Below are positions 8,228 to 18,326 of a stretch of DNA of 64,000 bases, piece by piece. Under the pieces are notes generated by a model. It was given only the letters and a program-made list of their open reading frames with translations. It searched no databases and was not told the origin of the DNA. Made by a program: the position numbers and the translations under genes. Within the stretch, counting starts at the first letter, position 1; every line of letters begins with the position of its first letter. The stretch lies in the sequence record PP968062.1. One strand, given 5' to 3'.

Positions 8228-10201
8228 TTAGAGCAGTTTGCCTCCCATGACCGCGAGATCGTAGGGATGGTCGTTCCTCAGTGTGTAGAGGAAACTGCCA
8301 GGATTGTTCAACGGCTCATGTTGCTTCTCGAACGACATCGCACCTGCCAACGAACGGGACATCATCAGTTTGTTGTATTTCTCAAACTGACCCGTTATAC
8401 CCGGCTTAGGCAGACGGTAATCGCGATCAGCGATAGAGCGCACCATCATAGCATAAACCAGAACCTCACAGTGAATTGCGTTCAGAGAGAACTTCTCGTT
8501 CAGCAGAGCCACAGTAGCCGCCAATGCATCAACGGGGTCTTTGTAGTTCTTAAGATAAGTCTTGCTAGTAAAACCTACCTTATCTGAACTCAGTTTCGAA
8601 CCTTCGGTATCACTACCGGAGTGCAGGAACGACTGGATACGCTTCATCACTTCGTACATGTTTACGTGCTTGTTCGGCAGCGTCAGGAACGGCAGAGTAA
8701 AGTCAAACCCAGCCATATCGATCACGATGTTATCGCGAGCATCCAGTTCCCAACGTACACGTTTGATGTGTTGTAGCATTTCAGTCGACAGACTAGCTCG
8801 ACGGTTATACAGCGATACCGTCAGAACGTCACCTTCATCCACCCCTTCCACAGTACGAACCAAACCGATGCGTGTCAGTTCAGAAGCACTAGGCGCTGGA
8901 TATGCACTCAGGTCATCAATCATCAGAATGTCGGCGAGGTTTTGTGCCTCGTTACGACCAATCATCAGACGGAAGCCTTTACCCGATAGTTCTTTCTTCA
9001 GGTACAGCGTTTCAGCAGCAGAGCCTGTACGCAGATACTTCGCTTCGATACCACCGATCTGATACTGTTCAACCGCGGAGGTTGCGTCAGTGTGTTTAGT
9101 CGACAATACCGCAGAGGTGATCTTGTCACCCATGGATACAGCAGACACCTGACCAATGACAGTTCCTTTCGGAATGGAGAAGCTCAGTCGACCATAGCAA
9201 CGGGAACATACGCCCTGAGGATCCGGATGCATACAACCCAGGATGGAACGCATCTTGATCTTCTTACCGATCAGATGTTTCTCATCACCTTTCAGCCAAT
9301 CCAGTTGCCCAGTCTGTTCATTCAGATAGTACTTACCACGCAGTGCTTTCAACGTACCCTGCATTACAGGGAAGTCGATCAGATGACCATTACAGTCACC
9401 AGTGTGCAGGTTCTGTACGTACTGAGCAATCAGCTGAGATTTCCGGTTGAAGTACTCGGTTACTCGCAGAAGCTCTTTGTTATACAGCAGAGCTTTTGTA
9501 CCGGAGCGGGATTCGATCATGTTTTCATACAGACCCCAGATACCGTCAATGTAACCAGTGGTACACGGTTCACTGAAGATGTCAGAGTTAATGTCTGTCG
9601 GAAAACCACGAGGACCATATGCCTGGAGCAGCTGTTCCATTTTCTGCGTACCCGAACGCAGGCCTTCGATGATGCTGTTACCACGGAACTGAGTTTCGTC
9701 GTTGAATGCCTCCTTAATCATGCCATAGGAAATATTCTCGATACCATGGGTAGTAGGCTGAACGTTTTCGTTTGCCTTTCGTACGGCCGGGTGGTTGTAC
9801 ACTTCCATGATATCGAAGATCGACAGAGTTGCGATGTAGGCACTCAGTCGAGTAGTGGTTTCGTTATACAGCCAGTTTTTACCTTCGATGGCCAGCTTAG
9901 CCAGAATCTCAGGATCAATCTGTTCACCACTCCAACCGTGAATACCCCAGATCACTTTGTTCAGATACTTCACCAGGGACTTAGAGGTAACCCGAGTGGA
10001 CGCCAGGTGATAGTCTTTCAGAACTGGTGCATCGGGGAAAGCTTTCAGTGGATACCAGAGCAGAACCGATAGCTTGGTGATCCGATCTTTTGCATAGAGT
10101 TTCTCTCCGTCATCAAAGACGATCTCATGCCATTCACTCGGAATGGACCACAGTTCGTCATAGCTCATGTTGAGAAGATCGCGTGCTTTATACTGCTTCA
10201 T
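8228..10201 (-). CDS. Non-virion RNA polymerase beta-prime C-terminal subunit (phiKZ gp74-like)
   Basis: 657 aa; Zn site GDC...RSILGC...VCSRCYG; trigger-loop-like GQVSAVSMGDKITSAVLSTKH; synteny. Confidence 0.88.
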   Translation of the reverse strand: MKQYKARDLLNMSYDELWSIPSEWHEIVFDDGEKLYAKDRITKLSVLLWYPLKAFPDAPVLKDYHLASTRVTSKSLVKYLNKVIWGIHGWSGEQIDPEILAKLAIEGKNWLYNETTTRLSAYIATLSIFDIMEVYNHPAVRKANENVQPTTHGIENISYGMIKEAFNDETQFRGNSIIEGLRSGTQKMEQLLQAYGPRGFPTDINSDIFSEPCTTGYIDGIWGLYENMIESRSGTKALLYNKELLRVTEYFNRKSQLIAQYVQNLHTGDCNGHLIDFPVMQGTLKALRGKYYLNEQTGQLDWLKGDEKHLIGKKIKMRSILGCMHPDPQGVCSRCYGRLSFSIPKGTVIGQVSAVSMGDKITSAVLSTKHTDATSAVEQYQIGGIEAKYLRTGSAAETLYLKKELSGKGFRLMIGRNEAQNLADILMIDDLSAYPAPSASELTRIGLVRTVEGVDEGDVLTVSLYNRRASLSTEMLQHIKRVRWELDARDNIVIDMAGFDFTLPFLTLPNKHVNMYEVMKRIQSFLHSGSDTEGSKLSSDKVGFTSKTYLKNYKDPVDALAATVALLNEKFSLNAIHCEVLVYAMMVRSIADRDYRLPKPGITGQFEKYNKLMMSRSLAGAMSFEKQHEPLNNPGSFLYTLRNDHPYDLAVMGGKLL

Positions 10202-10227
10202 TATTTACCTCTTGGCCTACGGCCTGG

Positions 10228-12339
10228 TTAAACACCAGGCGCGTACTTGAACTGCAACCCACGGCATTCCAGCAAGTGAGACAGGAGTCCCACCGGACGG
10301 GAGTTACCGAACGGGATCTTAGAACGATCAACTGCCTTCTCGATGTTGGACGGCTGGTCCGCAGTCAGGATGGAGTTGATCACAGCAACGTGAGCTTCTG
10401 GGTTGTTGGTTTGGTCCAGCAACTCTACGGTAGGCAATGCACCCACAGTACAGTTATAAGAACGAGTCTCGGATTCACCGAACGAACGAATCGCGCTCTC
10501 ACGACCAGGAGTACTGGAACGATCAGAGTTATTCAGCTTCGACGGTAGACCGAACTGTTGAGTCTTCACAGATGCTACAGCCGACCAGTCTTCACCGATC
10601 TTTTCCAGAAGCATCATGTAAAGCGGACCGAGCAACATTGGATCTTTGGTAGTCACCTCTTTGCCAGTCTGGTCACGATACGTAACCGGAGCATATGTCG
10701 GACAGAACCGGGATTCCAGGATCTTGTTACTTGCAGTCGGCAGATGGACCGGATCGTCTACCGGAGAATACAAATAAGCAAACCCGTCACGCAGAACGTG
10801 TGCTACGTGTTGAATAGGGTTCGGATGATCCTTAACCATTCCATGCATAGTCGGAGTGACGATTGCATAGAAGTCCAGCAGTTCATTGAATGCGTACTTA
10901 ACGAAGTCAGCGTTGTTACGGATGTGGTTAACCACTGCATCCAGTTCATACGAACCATGACGCTCTAGCCCACATTCAATTCGGAGACGTTGAGCCAGAT
11001 CGCGAGATGCTGCACCGAAACCATGTTCATAGATACGACCATAGTTAGAACGACGCATAGTCGAGCCGCCAAAGATAACAACATCTGCAACGTTACCATT
11101 CACGTCACGAGGCATATCTGCTCGCTTCATGATCTTACAAACGACACCTTTTCCGCCATGAAAATCAGTAGCTTTATATGCACCGCCCGGTTCTTTAATC
11201 GATTCATAGGTGATTTCAACACGCCATTCATCAAGTTGATCCAGTCGATACATACGTGTCAGCTTACGTTGACCTTCGGCTTGAGGCAGATAGATCATCG
11301 CTTCTACTACAAGTTGACGAAACTCCTCGGTCATATGGAGGCGATCTTTACGGCGGGCAGACAGACCTTTATATACCTTGATGATCTCACGGTAATACGA
11401 AGCCAGGGCATCGTAGTACTTACGCAGTTGACCATCCATACCACTTGGAGTGAATGAAGGATTCTGGCGATCATCCCAATACACTTTGATGTCTTTAATG
11501 ATCGCACCTGGATCGCCAATTACAGCACGATCGAAAGTGCGGTCCAAAGTACGCAGTGCACGAGGAGTCATTTCAGCTGGAGACAGATCGTCATCAAGAT
11601 CACGTACTGCGAAGATCACACCATCATCACGAATACGTTCACCAATATCCGGGAACAGTTTGATGTTGTTGTCATCACCGTACATATTCAGGAAGAACGC
11701 TTTCTTACCAGCGCCACCAGTTGCAGTTGTGTAAGTGCGAGGAGCCATCTTCTCACGAAGGAACTCATCGCAGAAGACGAAACCGTCCTCAATAGTACCA
11801 GGCATAGAACCGAACATTACAGTTGCGTTCACACCCATGCCCAGCAGACCGTTTTCTTTAACAGTAGTAGATTGAGCGATCACAGTGTCCTTGGCGAACA
11901 TCTCACCTACAGACAGATTATTCCATACGTCTTTCTGCTTCTCCAGTTTGAATCCGAAGTCCTGGTGGAAGCTGAGGTACTCAGGTACATGAATCACACC
12001 GATCCGTTTGAACTCGTCGTAGTACTCCTCGTACACGATCGTAGTCACGGGGTTATGACGAATGGAACCGTTACCTACACCAGTGGGATATTTACGGATT
12101 ACGTTCAGTACCACACAGTCAGTTGGGAACCGAATGTCGAACGTATGTTCAGCGTAACGCATTTCAATGCCCGCCATTACCCGGCGAGGCTCGTTCCCTT
12201 CCACTACAGGCGATTGACCAATGTGGGACAACAGCATCGCGCCACGAGCAGCGGATGTGGTTCCGTAATACGGGTCAATTGCTGCGTGACCGAGCAACCT
12301 CAGGTTGATTTCACGGACAGCGTTTGCGAGACTTTGCAT
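10228..12339 (-). CDS. Non-virion RNA polymerase beta C-terminal subunit (phiKZ gp71-73-like), uninterrupted
   Basis: 703 aa; EDGF, KATDFHGGKGVV (cf. RHGNKGV), GPLYMMLLEK, RSFGESE (cf. RFGEME). Confidence 0.92.
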   Translation of the reverse strand: MQSLANAVREINLRLLGHAAIDPYYGTTSAARGAMLLSHIGQSPVVEGNEPRRVMAGIEMRYAEHTFDIRFPTDCVVLNVIRKYPTGVGNGSIRHNPVTTIVYEEYYDEFKRIGVIHVPEYLSFHQDFGFKLEKQKDVWNNLSVGEMFAKDTVIAQSTTVKENGLLGMGVNATVMFGSMPGTIEDGFVFCDEFLREKMAPRTYTTATGGAGKKAFFLNMYGDDNNIKLFPDIGERIRDDGVIFAVRDLDDDLSPAEMTPRALRTLDRTFDRAVIGDPGAIIKDIKVYWDDRQNPSFTPSGMDGQLRKYYDALASYYREIIKVYKGLSARRKDRLHMTEEFRQLVVEAMIYLPQAEGQRKLTRMYRLDQLDEWRVEITYESIKEPGGAYKATDFHGGKGVVCKIMKRADMPRDVNGNVADVVIFGGSTMRRSNYGRIYEHGFGAASRDLAQRLRIECGLERHGSYELDAVVNHIRNNADFVKYAFNELLDFYAIVTPTMHGMVKDHPNPIQHVAHVLRDGFAYLYSPVDDPVHLPTASNKILESRFCPTYAPVTYRDQTGKEVTTKDPMLLGPLYMMLLEKIGEDWSAVASVKTQQFGLPSKLNNSDRSSTPGRESAIRSFGESETRSYNCTVGALPTVELLDQTNNPEAHVAVINSILTADQPSNIEKAVDRSKIPFGNSRPVGLLSHLLECRGLQFKYAPGV

Positions 12340-12370
12340 CTATAACTCCTGTTGATTCGTTGGTGCAGAA

Positions 12371-12400
12371 TGATTATATAGATGTGAAAATTATTTTTTT
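12371..12400 (-). promoter_or_regulatory. Early promoter upstream of the nvRNAP beta gene
   Basis: Minus strand AAAAAAATAATTTTCACATC-TATATAAT, a variant of TATATTAC with an A-tract. Confidence 0.65.
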
Positions 12401-12413
12401 GTAGGATTCCTCT

Positions 12414-12776
12414 ATGGCATTTACAATTATGGAACAGACTGACAATGGCGGAGCATCGATGTTTTATGATCCTGCCTTCCGTTTGATTGTCGAAACCCAC
12501 ATTAACATTCTTAGGAATATCAATGCCGTTAGAGTTGAGATCCCTAATGAACTGTACTGGCAGTACGAAGGGAACTTTTACGGTTATCTAACTGAAATCG
12601 GCGTTGAGCCTGAACTCCATTGGATCTATTTGCGTGTTAATGGAATGGAGAATCCGAATCAGTTCGCTGCTGATGTACGTGATCCTCTGGATAAAGCTTA
12701 CAACAACGTTCTGATAAAACCGTCGAATAATGAGATTGGTGCGCTGCAACAGTTCTACACTAGTCGAAAATTTTAA
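12414..12776 (+). CDS. Conserved hypothetical protein, possibly LysM/T4 gp53-like baseplate protein
   Basis: 120 aa with AGGA RBS, opposite in orientation to both neighbours; motif LHWIYLRVNGMENP. Confidence 0.55.
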   Translation: MAFTIMEQTDNGGASMFYDPAFRLIVETHINILRNINAVRVEIPNELYWQYEGNFYGYLTEIGVEPELHWIYLRVNGMENPNQFAADVRDPLDKAYNNVLIKPSNNEIGALQQFYTSRKF

Positions 12777-12780
12777 AGCT

Positions 12781-12810
12781 AAGGCAGGGGACCCGAAGGC
12801 CCCCTGCTTT
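12781..12810. terminator. Bidirectional hairpin terminator
   Basis: AAGGCAGGGG-ACCCGAAGGC-CCCCTGCTTT between convergent genes. Confidence 0.8.
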
Positions 12811-12818
12811 ATGCCGTC

Positions 12819-14159
12819 TTACACCAGACCCAGACCGTTAGTCTGGCGCATGCCAGCTACAGCTTGCAGGTACGGGTTAGCCGGTTGGCCATTGCCCATC
12901 ATCATACCCTGAGGCTGACCACCCATCCATGAAGGGATAGGAGCTGCGGCCTGGATACCACCTTGGTTCATGTTGCCCATGCCGTTGTTCATCATCATGG
13001 GTTGCATCATGGTACCACCCATGTTGTTCATGGGCATCATGCCATTACCTTGCATCATCATGCCGTTGCCCATGGGCATCTGCATCATCATTCCGGGTTG
13101 CTGCATCATCTGCGGTTGCGGATTCTGAGCTGCCATGAATTCACTCATGGAGACAGTATCTTTCTCTACAGGTTTGCTAACAGTAGCGGTCGGACGAGTC
13201 ATCTGCGGGGTAGCAGTTTGAGCAGGAGTAACGGTTGCTACTTGTTTCGATTGTTGAGCTTGACCAACTTCAGCAGTCTCCGGAGTATCTTCATCACGAC
13301 CACCCAGGTTGCCATTCAGCGGGGGAATCAGGTTGTAGATCTTCGGGAACTCGTCGATCAGATCCAGATCAAAGACCGGGATCGGACTAACAGGAATCTG
13401 AAGCGGGATTGCGTAACGATGAATCAGCTGGTTCAGCATCACGATTACTTTGTGATACGCGGTCAGCAGACTGGTGTAATACGGAGCTACACGGCTGGTA
13501 GTACCAAACGCGTATTCTTCCGGATTGTCACCAAACGGAACGACCAGTTTGAACAACGCGGTCAGAACCTTACGCTGCTTCTTGGCCATCTTGACACCGA
13601 GCACATCATCACTTTCGGCTTGCAGATCTTCCAGGATCGGGAAACGCACAATTGCCATGCGGTTCACTTTCTTACCGTCGTAGGTACCACCGTTCTTCAG
13701 GTATACGGCAACCAGACGATTTTTCTTGGTAGCTGCGGGCATCAGCTTCTCGAACAGACCGACAGTTGCTTTGTCAGCATCTGCCAGTTTCTTCAGGAAG
13801 TCAGTTGCATCCGGCGGAAGGTCCTTGTGGGACGACTTATCCGCTGCGATGGTCAGCAGTTGTTCGGCCATTTTGTGGACGACGAAACTGATGTGTGCTT
13901 TTGCTGCACGTTGCAGGTACTGGATCACCGGGGAAGTACCCCGGCGACTCAGCGCTTCACTCAGCGGGTGGAACGGCTGGAAGTCTTCACCGAAGCCCTT
14001 ACGTAGGAACTTGTCGGTCGGGATAACCAGACGCTTACCGTCTACGGTCGAAGGAGAAGCAGTGCCTACCGGATTGCGGAGGCTGATGTAACCTTCTTCA
14101 TCGAACTCGCAGGCGAACGAGGGGAGTACAGATTTATACGAGTCCAAGATCAACGACAT
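12819..14159 (-). CDS. Nucleus-cluster protein (phiKZ gp70-like) with Q/M/G/N-rich tail
   Basis: 446 aa, between PicA and the nvRNAP beta gene; low-complexity C-terminus. Confidence 0.7.
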   Translation of the reverse strand: MSLILDSYKSVLPSFACEFDEEGYISLRNPVGTASPSTVDGKRLVIPTDKFLRKGFGEDFQPFHPLSEALSRRGTSPVIQYLQRAAKAHISFVVHKMAEQLLTIAADKSSHKDLPPDATDFLKKLADADKATVGLFEKLMPAATKKNRLVAVYLKNGGTYDGKKVNRMAIVRFPILEDLQAESDDVLGVKMAKKQRKVLTALFKLVVPFGDNPEEYAFGTTSRVAPYYTSLLTAYHKVIVMLNQLIHRYAIPLQIPVSPIPVFDLDLIDEFPKIYNLIPPLNGNLGGRDEDTPETAEVGQAQQSKQVATVTPAQTATPQMTRPTATVSKPVEKDTVSMSEFMAAQNPQPQMMQQPGMMMQMPMGNGMMMQGNGMMPMNNMGGTMMQPMMMNNGMGNMNQGGIQAAAPIPSWMGGQPQGMMMGNGQPANPYLQAVAGMRQTNGLGLV

Positions 14160-15768
14160 TGCTAGCTCCTTGGTTAATAGCGTTAGGCATCATGATGGGT
14201 GCAGCTACCGGGTGTTGGTAACCGACAGATTGCAGGGCTTGGTGCTGGGTCGGGTTCGGGATTACTTCTTGAACCAGCCACAGCATGTCACCCGAGAGGT
14301 TGGTTGGATGTTCAGCGTTACGAGTAATCATCGGAGAGAACAAGCTATCCGTGAAAGTCGGTGCAACGAAGCGAGACAGAGCTTGACCACCGATAGCGAT
14401 ATCGATGATAGAGTCCCCTGCCAGGTCCGAGTGCATCGAGATGCGGAACGGTAGTTGGTTACCACGAGTGATGTTGTTCAGGATATCGATCGACAGACGG
14501 CGCTCGAATTCCAGAATGTACTGACGCATGTCCAGGTTATCGATGATAGCCTTGGAGTTCTGAGGATGGAACTCGAACGAATAGTTATTCGGACCAGTAC
14601 CGTTGGTTACAGCGAACGAGCAAGTACGAAGGAAGGTATCCATCATGATCGACGGAATGGTTTGCGCCAGCAAGCTTGCACCGATAGAGGTGTAGTCTGC
14701 ACCACTCCAAACTTCAGAGTCTTCAGCTTGCGCTACTTTACGCATGGCACGACCATCGTTCATCGAGAACTGAGTTACTTGAGAAGTACCGGTCTCAGGG
14801 AACAGACGACGCAGGTCACGGAAAGTGATGTAACCGTTTTCCATGTAGCCAGCATGTTCTTTCAGAAAAGCCAGGAACGTGTTGGTGTGGATCTGTTGGT
14901 TACGGCATTGTGCAGCAGCCTCACCGAACATCACGTCCTTATCAGGAGCACCGAAGAGATCATCTCCTTGGTTTTCCATCGCGTTCTCTTTAACAGCGTG
15001 CTGGTAAGCACTTAGAGTATTCGACAGATAACGAGTCGGAGAAGTATCACGACGTTGACTGTACTTGTAAGCACCGCCTTCGCCTACCATGGTGCGATGA
15101 TCGATAGAACGGTTGATCATGCCATCGAACAGACCCGAGCTTTGCAGCTTTTGAGCAACGTGTGCAGTCTGACCAATACTGAAGATATCTTCAGGCCGGA
15201 TCAGGTGAGCAGTTGCACGAGAGAACATACCGTTCATACCGCCCATCATGTCTACCGGAGAAACGATCTGATTGGAGCCTACGATCGATGCTACGTGTTG
15301 CGGACCATGGATGGTTTGCTGGATCGCCTGAGCGATGATGGTTTCGGAGTTGAAGTAAATCCGCATGTCATCCGGCAGATAATTCTGCGACGCATCTGCA
15401 TGGTCGCTATAGCCGAAGAAAATACGTTGGGTCAGCGTACCTGCGATGAACGGATGTTGCTCGTTCACTTTCATCAGGAAGCGGAACCGGCGAGAACGCC
15501 AGCCATGTGCAATACCGACACTACCTTCTACCGACGCCTGGGGCGTGATAACGGAAGAAGCTACTTCTTGCACTGCACCAACCCGAAGGTTCATACCGCC
15601 ATTGGTGGCTTGTTCCAGTTGACGAGCTACTTCCTGGTTCGCGTTGATCGAGAACGGACGGATGTGTTGCTCTTGATAAGTGCCAGTTTCCACCAGAATA
15701 AAATTCTGTACGTTCAGCTTAGAGTTCACAGCTGCACCAGCGGAAATGCCCATGTTGATTCCGTGCAT
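14134..15768 (-). CDS. picA: Phage nuclear import factor PicA/Imp1 (phiKZ gp69-like)
   Basis: 544 aa immediately downstream of the gp68-like subunit in the conserved gp67-68-69-70-71 order; synteny and size. Confidence 0.7.
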   Translation of the reverse strand: MHGINMGISAGAAVNSKLNVQNFILVETGTYQEQHIRPFSINANQEVARQLEQATNGGMNLRVGAVQEVASSVITPQASVEGSVGIAHGWRSRRFRFLMKVNEQHPFIAGTLTQRIFFGYSDHADASQNYLPDDMRIYFNSETIIAQAIQQTIHGPQHVASIVGSNQIVSPVDMMGGMNGMFSRATAHLIRPEDIFSIGQTAHVAQKLQSSGLFDGMINRSIDHRTMVGEGGAYKYSQRRDTSPTRYLSNTLSAYQHAVKENAMENQGDDLFGAPDKDVMFGEAAAQCRNQQIHTNTFLAFLKEHAGYMENGYITFRDLRRLFPETGTSQVTQFSMNDGRAMRKVAQAEDSEVWSGADYTSIGASLLAQTIPSIMMDTFLRTCSFAVTNGTGPNNYSFEFHPQNSKAIIDNLDMRQYILEFERRLSIDILNNITRGNQLPFRISMHSDLAGDSIIDIAIGGQALSRFVAPTFTDSLFSPMITRNAEHPTNLSGDMLWLVQEVIPNPTQHQALQSVGYQHPVAAPIMMPNAINQGASNVVDLGLV

Positions 15769-15788
15769 GTATTTTACCTCTTGAATTT

Positions 15789-17366
15789 TTACTGGTTGAT
15801 CTGAGCGAGGTGGAGAACCACTTCGGTGATCGTATGCTTGATGTTCGGAGGCGGAATCAGAACGTTGTTCTGTGCGATCTGACCAGAGAGTTTAAACAGC
15901 TCACTCGGGCCATGATAGATCCACGTGGAAGAACGGATAGACTGGTTGCAGTTGTTAACCGCAATACCGGCCATGTTGTCAGGCTTCGGAATCTCCCCGG
16001 ATTGAGGAACCTTAGCAAGCTTCATGTGCGGGTACAGTTCATCCAGTTGCGCCTTGTACTTCTGTGCGATCCGCGATCCGCTTCGAGTATTGCTAAGTTG
16101 ATTCGTCGAGCCATGTTCACCATGGTAAACAGGTTCAACTTGCATGAAGACTGCTACATCCAGGTAACCCCAGTGCCACAGCAAAGCCTGTGTGGTTGCC
16201 AGCAAGGTGTTCACCGGCAGCTTGGAGATATGGTAGAATGCACGTGCAGGGAAAGCCTTAGCCATTACCCATTGAGCAAGCAATACCTGGTGAGGACGGA
16301 TCTCGTAGTTCGCGACCTGATTCACGCAGCTAATGCACTTCCGCAGTTTCTCCAGATCAATGGTCGGATCTACTGTAGTTGCCAGCAGTTCGTAATCCAT
16401 TGCATCGATGTTGTAAGCTTCGATATCACCAGGGCTCACTCGACCTTTAGTCTTGTGGGCCTCGATGAACGAGGTCTTATCTTCATCATCACCACCACCG
16501 CCTTCCGGGCGCTTTTCGTTAACCCGATCAGTTGGGCTACGTTCAGCAGGGTTCAGGTTGCTACGCACGTAACGGAACGTGTTAGCTACGATGGAGTGGG
16601 ACATTGGATCGTTCAATGGAACAATAGTCAGTCGACGTACCAGAACCTTCGAGCGAAGGTGTACCGGAATCTCAACCGAACTCATACCCCGCCAGAGACT
16701 ACCCAATGTGGTCGGCTCATCTTCAACGCAGAATTTGACGTACCCTTCCAGTTTGTCGAATGCGACATCTACGTCTTCACCCACTTCGTCTTTTTCGAGC
16801 AACGGCCAGTTAGCAATCTCACAACGGCTGATAAGACCAACGACTTCGTTTTCCTTATGGAGTTCTTGATCCGTACCCGAATCAATGTATTCACCCCAGA
16901 TCGGAACCATCGGACGCAGAGCCAATGCAACTGTTGCCAGGTTGATGTAATCATGTTGCAGGTAAGTCTGCTCCCGCTTGGTATAGCGGGATTCATCAGT
17001 GATCGTTTTCTGGATCTCTGGTGGAATATGCAGGTTACCGATAGTCAGCAACCAACGACGGAGTTTGTTCATCGGCAATGCCGAGTACAGTTCGTGGATG
17101 TAATGAATCAGCGTACTGGAGATGTGCGCAGGTTCGAAGTCCATCTTGAACAGATCGTTGATTTTGACATAGCTGTTCCAAATACGATCTTGGTCAGCTT
17201 CATCACAACCTTCAAGGTAATCGTTGAATTCCTTGAACACCCGAGTAGGGTCGTTGAGTTTTACTTTGCTATAAGCTCGTGTACTCCACTTGATTTCGTT
17301 TCCTTTATGGCTCGTAGTCACTTCTACGAAACCGTTCCCTTGTACTCCAGTTACGTCAATACGCAT
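15789..17366 (-). CDS. nvRNAP promoter-specificity subunit (phiKZ gp68-like)
   Basis: 525 aa; size and position in the nvRNAP block; has its own early promoter. Confidence 0.75.
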   Translation of the reverse strand: MRIDVTGVQGNGFVEVTTSHKGNEIKWSTRAYSKVKLNDPTRVFKEFNDYLEGCDEADQDRIWNSYVKINDLFKMDFEPAHISSTLIHYIHELYSALPMNKLRRWLLTIGNLHIPPEIQKTITDESRYTKREQTYLQHDYINLATVALALRPMVPIWGEYIDSGTDQELHKENEVVGLISRCEIANWPLLEKDEVGEDVDVAFDKLEGYVKFCVEDEPTTLGSLWRGMSSVEIPVHLRSKVLVRRLTIVPLNDPMSHSIVANTFRYVRSNLNPAERSPTDRVNEKRPEGGGGDDEDKTSFIEAHKTKGRVSPGDIEAYNIDAMDYELLATTVDPTIDLEKLRKCISCVNQVANYEIRPHQVLLAQWVMAKAFPARAFYHISKLPVNTLLATTQALLWHWGYLDVAVFMQVEPVYHGEHGSTNQLSNTRSGSRIAQKYKAQLDELYPHMKLAKVPQSGEIPKPDNMAGIAVNNCNQSIRSSTWIYHGPSELFKLSGQIAQNNVLIPPPNIKHTITEVVLHLAQINQ

Positions 17367-17396
17367 TTATACCTCATTGATGCTGGTGATACACAA

Positions 17397-17425
17397 CTGT
17401 AATATAGATCTGAGATATTTTTTAA
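17397..17425 (-). promoter_or_regulatory. Early promoter
   Basis: Minus strand TAAAAAATATCTCAGATC-TATATTAC-AG, core 17399-17406. Confidence 0.8.
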
Positions 17426-17444
17426 TGTCAGGAAATAGAGGGCA

Positions 17445-17481
17445 TACAGCATCTCTCGGTATTTACCAAAGAGATGCTGTA
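17445..17481. terminator. Hairpin terminator after chmC
   Basis: TACAGCATCTCT...AGAGATGCTGTA, 12 bp stem. Confidence 0.7.
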
Positions 17482-17490
17482 GTTTTTTAT

Positions 17491-18243
17491 TTAGAAGTCA
17501 GGAATGGAGTCGTCGAAACCATTATCCTGGAAACCACCACTAGATGGACGGCTGTAACCGGAAGGAGCACCACCGCTATTACCACCACGGTGGCCGCCAT
17601 TGTAACCGCCTTGACGTTGGCCACCGCCTTGACCACCACCGAAGTTAGCCGGGTTGGCTACGTTCTTAGCGTTCGGATCAAAGCTGGATACCATCATTTG
17701 GTAAATGATTGCAGTTGCGGGTTCGAGGAAACCAGTAGCGTAGGCTTCGGACATTTCTTTCGGGCTGATCGGAGAACCGTCGCCATTCAGGATGGTGTGA
17801 TACTTCGAAGGACCGAAGAAGAAGCGAATACGAGGACGCTGTTGTTGCGAGGAGATCAAAGCGATGTAGATTCGACCGGAGCTTTGTTCACGACCAATCA
17901 CCAGAGAAGTAATCGGAATGATCTTGTCGATCTTCTTACCGCCAACGAAGTCATCTTGATGGACGAACTTACGTTCTTGAGGAACTTCTTTACCATCGAC
18001 CAGATCACGTGCGTACTTCATAGCAGCAGCGAAAGTAGCGAGGTCAGTTTTGAACTCGATCTTACCGTTGTTCAGATCGCCGTTGACGTTAGTTTTAACG
18101 GTCAGGCGCGGAACGTTACCAAAGACACCGAAGCGAAGGTTAGGACGTTTCTGAGAACCTTCTACCGGATCGGCGTGCAGCCAGGTGGACATTACAGAGA
18201 AGGGAGAAAGTGCCGGGCCGTTACCTTGGGTTTGTTGAGACAT
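17491..18243 (-). CDS. chmC: Nucleus-associated nucleic-acid-binding protein ChmC/Imp6 (phiKZ gp67-like)
   Basis: 250 aa directly upstream of the gp68-like gene; beta-rich N-domain, G/Q/N/R-rich tail, acidic end GFDDSIPDF. Name from synteny. Confidence 0.65.
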   Translation of the reverse strand: MSQQTQGNGPALSPFSVMSTWLHADPVEGSQKRPNLRFGVFGNVPRLTVKTNVNGDLNNGKIEFKTDLATFAAAMKYARDLVDGKEVPQERKFVHQDDFVGGKKIDKIIPITSLVIGREQSSGRIYIALISSQQQRPRIRFFFGPSKYHTILNGDGSPISPKEMSEAYATGFLEPATAIIYQMMVSSFDPNAKNVANPANFGGGQGGGQRQGGYNGGHRGGNSGGAPSGYSRPSSGGFQDNGFDDSIPDF

Positions 18244-18326
18244 GATGTGTTAGCTCCAATTGGATTAATTTTACACTTCGCGAAAGTGTTTCTACGTACT
18301 ATATCGGTGACCAGTATTCTTTCTGA

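Noticed and set aside
17491-18243. Annotation as a classical OB-fold SSB
   Set aside because: Only the tail is SSB-like; the position upstream of the gp68-like gene fits ChmC, which is reported to have a Whirly fold.
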